From assembly GCA_965203295.1 (NCBI GenBank), contig CBDBCZ010000018.1, positions 1,952,001 through 2,016,000 on the forward strand: a stretch of 64,000 bases of DNA, given 5' to 3'. This document shows positions 1 through 14,900 of this stretch, piece by piece. Below the pieces are notes generated by a model. That model was not told the DNA's origin. It did not search any database and saw only the letters and a list, made by a program, of their open reading frames with translations. The DNA is from Nitrospirales bacterium. GTDB lineage: Bacteria; Nitrospirota; Nitrospiria; Nitrospirales; UBA8639. Within the stretch, counting starts at the first letter, position 1. The number at the start of each line of letters is the position of its first letter. The translations under genes were made by a program, and so were the position numbers.

Positions 1-2699
1 AAACTAAACAGGCCTTTGAATAACCAGTTCTTTTTCTAAACAGCTAGGAAGGGTCAGATAAATGGTAGCTAGTTACTTTGGCTTAAAGTCTTCGCTAGAG
101 ACCAACAAAACTAACAATTTTAAATAAAAACATTCTTTCCTAATCTTCAGACTAACATCATTCAAACTAAACAAGCCTTTGAATAACCAGTTCTTTTCCT
201 AAACAGTTTGGAAGGGTCAGATAAATGGTAGCTAGTAACTTTGGCTTAAAGTCTTTGCTAGAGACCAACAAAACAAACAATTTTTAATAAAATCCTTCTT
301 TCCTAATCTTCAGGCTAACATCAACAAAACTAAACAGGCCTTTTAATAAATAGTTCTTTTTCTAAACAGTTAGGAAGGGTCAGATAAATGGTAGCTAGTT
401 ACTTTGGCTTAAAGTCTTTGCTAGAGACCAACAAAACTAAGAATTTTCAATAAAATCCATCTTTCCTAATCTTCCGACTAACATCAACCAAACGAATCAA
501 GCCTTTGAATAACCAGTTCCTTTCTTGAACATTGATACTTCCTAAGCATGTATTGTATCCGACTAATATCATTCAACCAAAACAAGCTTTTGAATAACCA
601 GTTCTTTTCTAAAACAGTTAGGAAGGGTCAGATAAATGGTAGCTAGTTACTTTGGCTTAAAGTCTTTGCTAGAGACAAAAAAACTAACAATTTTAAATAA
701 AATCCTTCTTTCCTAATCTGCAGACAAACATCAACCAAACTAAACAAGCCTTTGAATAACCAGTTCCTTTCTTGAACATTGATACTTCCTAAGCGTGTAT
801 TGTATCTGACTAACCTCATTCAAACTAAACAGGCCTTTGAATAACCAGTTCTTTTTCTAAACAGTTGGGAAGGGTCAGATCAATGGTAGCTAGTTACTTT
901 TGCTTAAAGTCTTTGCTAGAGACCAACAAAACTAACAATTTTCAATAAAATACTTCTTTCCTAATCTGCAGACTAATATCAAGCAAACGAAACAAGCATT
1001 TGAATAACCAGTTCCTTTCTTGAACATCGATACTTCCAAAGCATGTATTGTATCTGACTAACATCATTCAAACAATACAAGCCTTTGAATAACCAGTTCT
1101 TTTCCAAAACAGTTGGGAAGGGTCAGATCAATGGTAGCTAGTTACTTTGGCTTAAAATCTTTGCTAGAGACCAACAAAACTAACGAATTTCTATAAAATA
1201 CTTCTTTCCTAATCTACAGACTAACATCAAGCAAACTATACAAGCCTTTGAATAACCAGTTCTTTTCTTGAACATCGATACTTCCTATGCATGTATTCTA
1301 TCTGACTAACATCATTCAAACTAAACAAGCCTTTGAATAACAGGTTCTTTTCCTAAACAGTTAGGAAGGGTTAGATCAATGGTAGCTTGTTACTTTGGCT
1401 GAAAGTCTTTGCCTGAGACCAACAAAACTAACAATTTTCAATAAAATCCTTCTTTCTTAATCTTCAGACTAACATCAACCAAACTAAACAAGCCTTAGAA
1501 TAACAAGTTCCTTTCTTGAACATCGATACTTCCTAAGCATGTATTGTATCCGACTAACATCATTTAAACTAAACAAGCCTTTGAATAACCAGTTCTTTTC
1601 CTAAACAGTTGGGAAGGGTCAGATCAATGGTAGCTAGTTACTTTGGCTCAAAGTCTTTGCTAGAGACTAACAAAACTAACGATTTTCTATAAAATCCTTC
1701 TTTCATAATCTTTAGACCAACATCAACCAAACTAAACCGGCCTTTGAATAACCAGTTCCTTTCTTGAACATCGATACTTCCTAAGCATGTATTGAATCCG
1801 ACTAACATCATTTAAACTAAACAAGCCTTTGAATAACCAGTTCTTTTCCAAAACAGTTGGGAAGGGTAAGATCAATGGTAGCCAGTTACTTTGGCTGAAA
1901 GTCTTTGCTAGAGACCAACAAAACTAACAATTTTAAATAAAACCCTTCTTTCCTAATCTTCAGACTAACATCAACCAAACTAAACAAGCCTTTGAATAAC
2001 CAGTTCCTTTCTTGAACATTGATACTTCCTAAGCATGTATTGTATCTGACTAATATCATTCAAACAAAACAAGCCTTTGAATAACCAGCTCATTTTCTAA
2101 ATAGTTCGGAAGGGTCAGATCAATGGTATCTAGTAACTTTGGCTTAAGGTCTTTGCAAGAGACCAATAAAACAAACAATTTTCAATAAAATCCTTCTTTC
2201 CTAATCTTCAGGCTAACATCAACAAAACTAAACAGGCATTTGAATAACCAGTTCTTTTTCTAAAAAGTTAGGAAGGGTCAGATAAATGGTAGCTAGTTAC
2301 TTTGGCTTAAAGTCTTTGCTAGAGACCAACAAAACTAACAATTTTCAATAAAATCCTTCTTTTCTAATCTTCAGACTAACATCATTCAAACTAAACAAGC
2401 CTTTGAATAACCAGTTCTTTTCCTAAACAGTTGGGAAGGGTCAAATCAATGGTAGCTAGTTACTTTGGCTTAAAGTCTTTGCTAGAGACCAACAAAACTA
2501 ACAATTTTCCATAAAATCCTTCTTTACTAATCTTCAGGCAAACGTCAACCTAACTAAACAAGCCTTTGAATAACAAGTTCTTTTCCTAAACAGTTGGGAA
2601 GGGTCAGATCAATGGTAGCTAGTTACTTTGGCTTAAAGTCTTTGCTAGAGATCAACAAAACTAACAATTTTCAATAAAATCCTTCTTTCCTAATCAATG

Positions 2700-5600
2700 G
2701 TAGCTAGTTACTTTGGCTTAAAGTCTTTGCTAGAGACCAACAAAACTAACTATTTTCAATCAAATCCTTCTTTCCTAATCTGCAGACTAAAATCAACCAA
2801 ACTAAACAAGCCTTTGAATAATCAGTTCCTTTCTTGAACATCGATACTTCCTAAGGATGTATTGTATTTGACTAACATCATTCAAACTAAACTAGCCTTT
2901 GAATAACCAGTTCGTTTCCTAAACAGTTGGGAAGGGTCAGATCAATGGTAGCTAGTTACTTTGGCTTAAAGTCTTTGCCAGAGACCAAAAAATAACAATT
3001 TTTGAGTAAAATTCTTCTTTCCTAATCTTCAAACTAACACCAACCAAACTAAACCGGCCTTTGAATAACCAGTTCCTTTCTTGAACATCGATACTTCCTT
3101 AGCGTGTATTGAATCCGACTAACATCATTTAAACTAAACAAGCTTTTGAATAACCAGTTCTTTTCCTAAACAGTTCGGAAGGGTCAGATCAATGGTAGCT
3201 AGTTACTTTGGCTCAAAGTCTTTGCTAGAGACCAACAAAACTAACGATTTTCTATAAAATACTTCTTTCCTAATCTGCAGACTAACATCAACCAAACTAA
3301 ACAAGCCTTTGAATAACCAGTTCCTTTCTTGAACATCGATACTTCCTAAGGATGTATTGTATTTGACTAACATCATTCCAACTAAACTAGCCTTTGAATA
3401 ACCAGTTCGTTTCCTAAACAGTTGGGAAGGGTCAGATCAATGGTAGCTAGTTACTTTGGCTTAAAGTCTATGCCAGACACCAAAAAATAACAATTTTTGA
3501 GTAAAATTCTTCTTTCCTAATCTACAGACTAACATCAACAAAACTAAACCGGCCTTTGAATAACCACTTCTTTTCTTGAACATCGATACTTCCTAAGCAT
3601 GTATTGTATTTGACTAACATCATTCAAACTAAACAAGCCTTTTAATAACCAGTTCTTTTTCTAAACAGTTGGGAAGGGTCAGATCAATGGTAGCTAGTTA
3701 CTTTGGCTCAAAGTCTTTGCTAGAGACCAACAAAACTAACGATTTTCTATAAAATACTTCTTTCCTAATCTGCAGACTAACCTCAACCAAACTAAACAAG
3801 CCTTTGAATAACCAGTTCCTTTCTTGAACATCGATACTTCCTAAGGATGTATTGTATTTGACTAACATCATTCAAACTAAACTAGCCTTTGAATAACCAG
3901 TTCGTTTCCTAAACTGTTGGGAAGGGTCAGATCAATGGTAGCTAGTTTTTTTGGCTTAAAGTTTTTGCCAAAGACAAAAAAAATAACAATTTTTGAGTAA
4001 AATTCTTCATTCCTAATCTTCAGACTAACATCAACCAAACTAAACAAGCCATTGAATAACTTGTTCCTTTCTTGAACATTGATACTTCCTAAGCATGTAT
4101 TGTATCTGACAAATATCATTCAAACAAAATAAGCCTTTGAATAACCAGCTCTTTTTCTAAACAGTTGGGAAGGGTCAGATCAATGGTAGCTAGTGACTTT
4201 GGCTTAAAGTCTTTGCTAGAGACCAACAAAACTAACAATTTTCAATAAAATCCTTCTTTCCCAATCTTCAGAGTAACATCATTCAAACTAAACAAGCCTT
4301 TGAATAACCAGTTCTTTTCCTAAAAAGTTGGGAAGGGTCAGATCAATAGTAGCTAGTTACTTTGGCTTAAAGTCTTTGCTAGAGACCAACAAAACTAACT
4401 ATTTTCAATCAAATCCTTTTTTCCTAATCTGCAGACTAACATCAACCAAACTAAACAAGCCTTTGAATAACCAGTTCCTTTCTTGAACATCGATACTTCC
4501 TAAGGATGTATTGTATTTGACTAACATCATTCAAACTAAACTAGCCTTTGAATAACCAGTTCGTTTCCTAAACAGTTGGGAAGGGTCAGATCAATGGTAG
4601 CTAGTTACTTTGGCTTAAAGTCTTTGCCAGAGACTAAAAAATAACAATTTTTGAGTAAAATTCTTCTTTCCTAATCTTCAAACTAACACCAAACAAACTA
4701 AACCGGCCTTTGAATAACCAGTTCCTTTCTTGAACATCGATACTTCCTAAGCGTGTATTGAATCCAACTAACATCATTTAAACTAAACAAGCTTTTGAAT
4801 AATCAGTTCTTTTCCTAAACAGTTCGGAAGGGTCAGATCAATGGTAGCTAGTTACTTTGGCTCAAAGTCTTTGCTAAAGACCAACAAAACTAACAATTTT
4901 CTATAAAATACTTCTTTCCTAATCTGCAGACTAACATCAACCTAACTAAACAAGCCTTTGAATAACCAGTTCCTTTCTTGAACATCGATACTTCCTAAGG
5001 ATGTATTGTATTTGACTAACATCATTCCAACTAAACTAGCCTTTGAATAACCAGTTCGTTTCCTAAACAGTTGGGAAGGGTCAGATCAATGGTAGCTAGT
5101 TACTTTGGCTTAAAGTCTATGCCAGACACCAAAAAATAACAATTTTTGAGTAAAATTCTTCTTTCCTAATCTTCAGACTAACATCAAATAAACTAAACCG
5201 GCCTTTGAATAACCACTTCCTTTCTTGAACATCGATACTTCCTAAGCATGTATTGTATTTGACTAACATCATTCAAACTAAACAAGCCTTTTAATAACCA
5301 GTTCTTTTTCTAAACAGTTGGGAAGGGTCAGATCAATGGTAGCTAGTTACTTTGGCTCAAAGTCTTTGCTAGAGACCAACAAAACTAACGATTTTCTATA
5401 AAATACTTCTTTCCTAACCTGCAGACTAACCTCAACCAAACTAAACAAGCCTTTGAATAACCAGTTCCTTTCTTGAACATCGATACTTCCTAAGGATGTA
5501 TTGTATTTGACTAACATCATTCAAACTAAACTAGCCTTTGAATAACCAGTTCGTTTCCTAAACTGTTGGGAAGGGTCAGATCAATGGTAGCTAGTTTTTT

Positions 5601-5998
5601 TGGCTTAAAGTTTTTGCCAAAGACAAAAAAAATAAATATTTTTGAGTAAAATTCTTCATTCCTAATCTTCAGACTAACATCAACCGAACTTAGCAAGCCT
5701 TTGAATAACTTGTTCCTTTCTTGAACATTGATACTTCCTAAGCATGTATTGTATCTGACTAATATCATTCAAACAAAATAAGCTTTTGAATAACCAGCTC
5801 TTTTTCTAAACAGTTGGGAAGGGTCAGATCAATGGTAGCTAGTGACTTTGGCTTAAAGTCTTTGCTAGAGACCAACAAAACTAACAATTTTCAATAAAAT
5901 CCTTCTTTCCCAATCTTCAGAGTAACATCATTCAAACTAAACAAGCCTTTGAATAACCAGTTCTTTTCCTAAAAAGTTGGGAAGGGTCAGATCAATGG
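2700..5998 (+). repeat. Higher-order tandem duplication, 2 x ~1649 bp (about 7A+6B)
   Basis: The rare variant ATTTTCAATCAAAT occurs at 2752 and 4401. Near-identical spurious ORFs at 3877 and 5526 show the same 1649-bp offset. Ends are approximate. Confidence 0.85.
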
Positions 5999-8900
5999 TA
6001 GCTGGTTACTTTGGCTTAAAGTCTTTGCTAGAGACCAACAAAACTAACAATTTTCATTAAAATCCTTCTTTCCTAATCTTCATACTAACATCAACCGAAC
6101 AAAACAAGCCTTTGAATAACCAGTTCCTTTATTGAACATAGATACTTCCTAAGCATGTATTGTATCTGACTAACATCATTCTAACTAAACAAGCCTTTGA
6201 TTAACCAGTTCGTTTCCTAAACAGTTGGGAAAGGACAGATCAATGGTAGCTAGTTACTTTGGCTTAAAGTCTTTGCTAGAGACCAACAAAACTAACAATT
6301 TTATATAAAATCCTTCTTTACTAATCTTCAGACTAACATCATTCAAACTAAACAAGCCTTTGCATAACCAGTTCTTTTCCGAAACAGTTGGGAAGGGTCA
6401 GATCAATGGTAGCTAGTTACTTTGGCTTAAAGTCTTTGCTAGAGACCAACAAAACTAATAATTTTCATTAAAATCCTTCTTTCCTAATCTTCAGACTAAC
6501 ATCAGCAAAACTAAACAAGCCCTTGAATAACAAGTTCCTTTCTTGAACATCGATACTTCCTAAGCGTGTATTGTATCTGACTAACATCATTAACAAAACA
6601 AGCCTTTGAATAACAAGTTCTTTTTCTAAACAGTTGGGAAGGGTCAGATCAATGGTAGCTAGTGACTTTGGCTTAAAGTCTTTGCCAGAGACCAACAAAT
6701 CTAACAATTTTCAATGAAATCCTTCTTTCCTAATCTTAAAACAAACATCAACCAAACTAAACAAGCATTTGAATAACAAGTTCCTTTCTTGAACATCGAT
6801 ACTTCCTAGGCATGTATTTTATTTGACTAATATCATTCAAACTAAACAAGCCTTTGAATAACCAGTTCTTTTTCTAAACAGTTGGGAAGGGTCAGATCAA
6901 TGGTAGCTAGTTACATTGGCTCAAAGTCTTTGCTAGAGACCAAAAAAACTAACAATTTTCAATAAAATCCTTCTTTCCTAATCTTCAGGCTAACATCAAC
7001 AAAACTAAACAGGTCTTTGAATAACCAGTTCTTTTTCTAAACAGTTCGGAAGGGTCTGATAAATGGTAGCTAGTTACTTTGGCATAAAGTCTTTGCTAGA
7101 GACCAACAAAACTAACAATTTTCAATAAAATCCTTCTTTCCTAATCTTCAGACTAACATCATTCAAACTAAACAAGCCTTTGAATAGCAAGTTCTTTTCC
7201 TAAACAGTTGGGAAGGGTCAGATCAATGGTAGCTAGTTACTTTAGCTGAAAGTCTTTGCCTGAGACCAACAAAACTAACGATTTTCAATAAAATCCTTCT
7301 TTCCTAATCTTCAGACTAACATCAACCCAACTAAACAAGCCTTTGAATAACCAGTTCCTTTCTTGAACATCGATACTTCCTAAGCATGTATTGTATCCGA
7401 CTAACATCATTTAAACTAAACAAGCCTTTGAATAACCAGTTCTTTTCCTAAACAGTTGGGAAGGGTCAGATCAATGGTAGTTAGTTACTTTGGCTCAAAG
7501 TCTTTGCTAGAGACCAACAAAACTAACGATTTTCTATAAAATACTTCTTTTCTAATCTGCAAACTAACATCAAGCAAACTAAACAAGCCTTTGAATAACC
7601 AGTTCCTTTCTTGAACATCGATACTTCCTAAGGATTATTGTATTTGACTAACATCATTCAAACTAAACTAGCCTTTGAATAACCATCTCTTTTTCTAAAC
7701 AGTTGGGAAGGGTCAGATAAATGGTAGCTAGTGACTTTGGCTTAAAGTCTTTGCTAGAGACCTACAAAACTAACAATTTTCAAGAAAATCCTTCTTTCCT
7801 AATCTTAAGGCTAAAATCAACAAAACTAAATAGGCCTTTGAATAACCAGTTCTTTTTCTAAACAGTTGGGAAGGGTCTGATAAATGGTAGCTATTTACTT
7901 TGGCTTAAAGTCTTTACTAGAGACCAACAAAACTAACAATTTTCAATAAAATCCTTCTTTCTTAATCTTCAGACTAACTTCATTCAAACTAAACAAACCT
8001 TTGAATAACAAGTTCTTTTCCTAAACAGTTGGGAAGGGTCAGATCAATGGTAGCTAGTTAATTTGGCTTAAAGTCTTTGCTAGAGATCAACTAAACTAAC
8101 AATTTTCAATAAAATCTTTCTTTCCTAATCTGCAGACTAACATTAACCTAACTAAACAAGTCTTTGAATAACCAGTTCCTTTCTTGAACATCGATACTTC
8201 CTAAGCATGTATTGTATTTGACGAACATCATTGAAAATAAACAAGCCTTTGAATAACAGGTTCTTTTCCTAAACAGTTAGGAAGGGTCAGATCAATGGTA
8301 GCTTGTTACTTTGGCTGAAAGTCTTTGCCTGAGACCAACAAAACTAACAATTTTCAATAAAATCCTTCTTTCTTAATCTTCAGACTAACATCAACCAAAC
8401 TAAACAAGCCTTAGAATAACAAGTTCCTTTCTTGAACATCGATACTTCCTAAGCATGTATTGTATCCGACTAACATCATTTAAACTAAACAAGCCTTTGA
8501 ATAACCAGTTCTTTTCCTAATCAGTTGGGAAGGGTCAGATCAATGGTAGCTAGTTACTTTGGCTCAAAGTCTTTGCTAGAGACTAACAAAACTAACGATT
8601 TTCTATAAAATACTTCTTTCCTAATCTTCAGGCTAACATCAACAAAACCAAACAGGTCTTTGAATAACCAGTTCTTTTTCTAAACAGTTCGGAAGGGTCT
8701 GATAAATGGTAGCTAGTTACTTTGGCATAAATGCTTTGCTAGAGACCAACAAAACTAACAATTTTATATAAAATCCTTCTTTCCTAATCTTCAGACTAAC
8801 ATCATTCAAACTAAACAAGCCTTTGAATAACAAGTTCCTTTCCTAAACAGTTGGGAAGGGTCAGATCAATGGTAGCTAGTTACTTTGGCTTAAAGTCTTT

Positions 8901-11900
8901 GCTAGAGACCAACAAAACTGACAATTTTCAATAAAATCATTCTTTCCTAATCAATGGTAGCTAGTTACTTTGGCTTAAAGTCTTTGCTAGAGACCAACAA
9001 AACTAACAATTTTCAATAAAATCCTTCTTTCCTAATCTGCAGACTAACATCAACAAAACTAAACAAACCTTTGAATAACCAGTTCTTTTCTTGAACATCG
9101 ATACTTCCTAAGCATATATTGTATCCGACTAACATCATTTAAACTATACAAGCCTTTGAATAACCAGTTCTTTTCCTAAACAGTTGGGAAGGGTCAGATA
9201 AATGGTGGCTAGTTACTTTGGCTCAAAGTTTTTGCTAGAGACAAACAAAACTAACGATTTTCTATAAAATCCTCCTTTCCTAATCTGCAGACTAACATAT
9301 AGAAAACTAAACAAGCCTTTGAATAACCAGTTCCTTTCTTGAACATCGATACTTCCTAAGGATTATTGCATTTGACTAACATCATTCAAACTAAACTAGC
9401 CTTTGAATAACCAGCTCTTTTTCTAAACAGTTGGGAAGGGTCTGATAAATGGTAGCTAGTGACTTTGGCTTAAAGTCTTTGCTAGAGACCAACAAAACTA
9501 ACAATTTTCAAGAAAATCCTTCTTTCCAAATCTTAAGGCTAAAATCAACAAAACTAAACAGGCCTTTGAATAACCAGTTCTTTTTCTAAACAGTTCGGAA
9601 GGGTCTGATAAATGGTAGCTATTTACTTTGGCTTAAAGTCTTTACTAGAGAACAACAAAACTAACAATTTTCAATAAAATCCTTCTTTCCTAATCTTCAG
9701 ACTAACTTAATTCAAATAAAACAAGCCTTTGAATAACAATTTCTTTTCCTAAACAGTTGGGAAGGGTCAGATCAAAGGTAGCTAGTTACTTCGGCTTAAA
9801 GTCATTGCTAGAGACCAACAAAACTAACAATTTTCAATAAAATCCTTCTTTCCTAATCTTCATACTAACATCAACCAAACTAAACAAGCCTTTGAATAAC
9901 CAGTTCCTTTCTTGAACATCGTTACTTCCTAAGCATGTATTGTATCCGACTAACATCATTTAAACTAAACAAGCCTTTGAATAACCAGTTCTTTTCCTAA
10001 ACAGTTGGGAAGGGTCAGATCAATGGTAGCTAGTTACTTTGGCTTAAAGTCTTTGCCAGAGACAAAAAAAATAACAATTTTTGAGTAAAATTCTTCTTTC
10101 CTAATCTTCAGACCAACATCAACCAAACTGAACCGGCCTTTGAATAACCAGTTCCTTTCTTGAACATCGATACTTCCTAAGCATGTATTGAATCCGACTA
10201 ACATCATTTAAACTAAACAAGCCTTTGAATAACCAGTTCTTTTCCTAAACAGTTGGGAAGAGTCAGATCAATGGTAGCTAGTTACTTTGGCTCAAAGTCA
10301 TTTCTAGAGACCAACAAAACAAACGATTTTCTATAAAATACTTCTTTTCTAATCTGCAGACTAACATCAACCAACCTAAACAAGCCTTTGAATAACCAGT
10401 TCCTTTCTTGAACATCGATACTTCCTAAGGATGTATTGTATTTGACTAACATCATTCAAACTAAACTAGCCTTTGAATAACCAGTTCGTTTCCTAAACAG
10501 TTGGGAAGGGTCAGATCAATGGTAGCTAGTTACTTTGGCTTAAAGTCTTTGCCAGAGACAAAAAAAAAAAAATTTTTGAGTAAAATTCTTCTTTCCTAAT
10601 CTTCAGACTAACATCAACCAAACTAAACCGGCCTTTGAATAACCAGTTCCTTTTTTGAACATCGATACTTCCTAAGGATTATTGTATTTGACTAACATCA
10701 TTCAAACTAAACTAGCCTTTGAATAACCAGCTCTTTTTCTAAACAGTTGGAAAGGGTCAGATCAATGGTAGCTAGTGACTTTGGCTTAAAGTCTTTGCTT
10801 GAGACCAACAAAACTAACAATTTTCAATAAAATCCTTCTTTCCTAATCTTTAGGCTAACATCAACAAAACTAAACAGGCCTTTGAATAACCAGTTCTTTT
10901 TCTAAACAGTTGGGAAGGGTCAGATAAATGGTAGCTAGTTACTTTGGCATAAAGTCTTTGCTAGAGACCAACAAAACTAACAATTTTCAATAAAATCCTT
11001 CTTTCCTAATCTTCAGACCAACATCATTAAAACTAAACAAGCCTTTGAATAACAAGTTCTTTTCCTAAACAGTTGGGAAGGGTGAGATCAATGGTAGCTA
11101 GTTACTTTGGCTTAAAGTCTTTGTTAGAGACTAACAAAATAACAATTTTCAATAAAATCATTCTTTCCTAATCAATGGTAGCTAGTTACTTTGGCTTAAA
11201 GTCTTTGCTAGAGACCAACAAAACTAACAATTTTCAATAAAATCCTTCTTTCCTAATCTGAAGACTAACATCAACCACACTAAACAAGCCTTTGGATAAC
11301 CAGTTCCTTTCTTGAACATCGATACTTCCTAAGGATGTATTGTATTTGACTAACATCATTCAAACTAAACTAGCCTTTGAATAACCAGTTCGTTTCCTAA
11401 CCAGTTGGGAAGGGTCAGATCAATGGTAGCTAGTTACTTGGGCTTAAAGTCTATGCCAGAGACAAAAAAATAAAAATTTTTGAGTAAAATTCTTCTTTCC
11501 TAATCTTCAGACTAACATCAACCAAACTAAACCGGCCTTTGAATAACCAGTTCCTTTCTTGAACATCGATACTTCCTAAGCATGTATTGAATCCGACTAA
11601 CATCATTCAAACTAAACTAGCCTTTGAATAACCAGTTCGTTTCCTAACCAGTTGGGAAGGGTCAGATCAATGGTAGCTAGTTACTTTGGCTCAAAGTCTT
11701 TGCTAGAGACCAACAAAACTAACGATTTTCTATAAAATACTTCTTTCCTAATCTTCAGACTAAAATCAACCAAACTAAACCGGCCTTTGAATAACCAGTT
11801 CCTTTCTTGAACATCGATACTTCCTAAGCATGTATTGTATCTGACTAACATCATTCAAACTCAACAAGCCTTTGCATAATCAATTCTTTTCCTAAACAGT

Positions 11901-14900
11901 GGGGAAGGGTCAGATCAATGGTAGCTTGTTACTTTGGCTTAAAGTCTCTGCCAGAGACCAACAAAACTAACAATTTTCAATAAATCCTTCTTTCCTAATC
12001 TTCAGACAAACATGAACAAAACTAAACAAGCCTTTGAATAACAAGTTCCTTTCTTGAACATCAATACTTCCTAGGCATGTATTGTATTTGACTAACATCA
12101 TTCAAACTAAACAAGCCTTTGAATAACCAGTTCTTTTCCAAAACAGTTGGGAAGAATCAGATCAATGGTAGCCAGTTACTTTGGCTCAAAAGTCTTTGCC
12201 TGAGACCAAAAAAAAATAACAATTTTCAAATAAAATCCTTCTTTCCTAATCTTCAGACTAACATCAACCAAACTAAACAAGCCTTTGAATAACCAGTTCC
12301 TTTCTTGAACATCAATACTTCCTAAGCGTGTATTGTATCTGACTAACATCATTCAAACTAAACAGGCCTTTGAATAACCAGTTCTTTTCCTAAACAGTTG
12401 GGAAGGGTCAGATCAATGGTAGCTAGTTACTTTGGCTTAAAGTCTTTGCTAGAGACCAACAAAACTAACGATTTTCTATAAATCCTTCTTTCCTAATCTT
12501 CAGACAAACATCAACAAAACTAAACAAGCCTTTGAATAACAAGTTCCTTTCTTGAACATCGATACTTTCTAGGCATGTATTGTATTTGACTAACATCATT
12601 CAAACTAAACAAGCCTTTGAATAACCAGTTCTTTTCCAAAACAGTTCGGAAGGGTCAGATCAATGGTAGCCAGTTAGTTTGGCTGAAAGTCTTTGCCTGA
12701 GACCAAAAAAAACTAACAATTTTCAATAAAATCCTTCTTTCCTAATCTTCAGACTAACATCAACCAAACTAAACAAGCCTTTGAATAACCAGTTCCTTTC
12801 TTGAACATCGATACTTCCTAAGCGTGTATTGTATCTGACTAACATCAATCAAACTAAACAGGCCTTTGAATAACCAGTTCTTTTTCTAAAAAGTTGGGAA
12901 GGGTCAGATAAATGGTAGCTAGTTACTTTCTCTTAAAGTCTTTGCTAGAGACCAACAAAACTAACAATTTTCAATAAAATCCTACTTTCCTAATCTTCAG
13001 ACTAACATCATTAAAACTAAACAAGCCTTTGAATAACCAGTTCTTTTTCTAAACAGTTTGGAAGGGTCAGATCAAAGGGAGCTAGTTACTTTGGCTCAAA
13101 GTCTTTGCTAGAGACCAACAAAACTAACGATTTTCTATAAAATACTTATTTCCTAATCTGCAGACTAACATCAACCAAACTAAACAAGCCTTTGAATAAC
13201 CAGTTCCTTTCTTGAACATCGATACTTCCTAAGCATGTATTGTATCTGACTAACATCATTCAAATTAAAAAAGCCTTTGAATAACAAGTTCTTTTCATAA
13301 ACAGTTGGGAAGGGTCAGATTAATGGTAGCCAGTTACTTTGGCTGAAAGTCTTTGCCTGAGACCAACAAAACTAACAATTTTCAATAAAATCCTTCTTTC
13401 CTAATCTTCAGCCTAACATCATTCAAACTAAACAGGCCTTTGAATAACCAGTTATTTTTCTAAACAGTTGGGAAGGGTCAGAGAAATGGTAGCCAGTTAC
13501 TTTGACTGAAAATCTTTGCCTGAAACCAACAAAACTAACAATTTTCTATAAAATCCTTCTTTCCTATTCTTCAGACTAAAATCAACCAAACTAAACAAGC
13601 CTTTGAATAACCAGTTCTTTTTCTAAACAGTTTGGAAGGGTCAGATCAAAGGGAGCTAGTTACTTTGGCTCAAAGTCTTTGCTAGAGACCAACAAAACTA
13701 ACGATTTTCTATAAAATACTTCTTTCCTAATCTGCAGACTAACATCAAGCAAACTAAACAAGCCTTTGAATAACCAGTTCCTTTCTTGAACATCGATACT
13801 TCCTAAGCATGTATTGTATCTGACTAACATCATTCAAATTAAAAAAGCCTTTGAATAACAAGTTCTTTTCATAAACAGTTGGGAAGGGTCAGATTAATGG
13901 TAGCCAGTTACTTTGGCTGAAAGTTTTTGCCTGAGACCAACAAAACTAACAATTTTCAATAAAATCCTTCTTTCCTAATCTTCAGACTAACATCATTCAA
14001 ACTAAACAGGCCTTTGAATAACCAGTTCTTTTTCTAAACAGTTGGGAAGGGTCAGAGAAATGGTAGCCAGTTACTTTGACTGAAAATCTTTGCCTGAAAC
14101 CAACAAAACTAACAATTTTCAATAAAATCCTTCTTTCCTAATCTTCAGACTAACATCATTCAAACTAAACAGGCCTTTGAATAACCAGTTCTTTTTCTAA
14201 ACAGTTGGGAAGGGTCAGATAAATAGTAGCTAGTTACTTTGGCTTAAAGTCTTTGCTAGAGACCAACAAAACTAACAATTTTCAATAAAATCCTTCTTTC
14301 CTAATCTTCAGACTAACATCATTCAAACTAAACAAGCCTTTGAATAAAAAGTTCCTTTCTTGAACATCGATACTTCCTAAGCTTGTATTGTATCTGACTA
14401 ATATCATTCAAACTAAACCAGCCTTTGAATAACAAGTTCCTTTCTTGAACATCGATACTTCCTAAGCTTGTATTGTATCTGACTAACATCATTCAAACTA
14501 AACAAGCCTTTGAATAACAAGTTCTTTTCCTAAACAGTTGGGAAGGGTCAGATCAATGGTAGCCAGTTACTTTGGCTTTTAGGCTTTTGCCAGAGATAAA
14601 AAAAAATAACAATTTTTGAGTAAAATTCTTCATTCCTAATCTTCAGACTAACATCAACCAAACTAAACCGGCCTTTGAATAACCAGTTCAATTCTTGAAC
14701 ATCGATACTTCCTAAGCATGTATTGTATCTGACTAACATCATTCAAACTAAACAAGCCTTTGCATTACCAATTCTTTTCCTAAACAGTTGGGAAGGGTCA
14801 GATCAATGGTAGCTTGTTACTTTGGCTTAAAGTCTTTGCCAGAGACCAACAAAACTAACAATTTTCAATAAATCCTTCTTTCCTAATCTTCAGACAAACA

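Noticed and set aside
1930..1975. Hammerhead ribozyme core on the satellite minus strand (CTGAAGA-TTAG-GAAA)
   Set aside because: Only 4 nt separate the boxes, so there is no stem II, and the base after GAAA cannot form stem III with the candidate GUA cleavage site.
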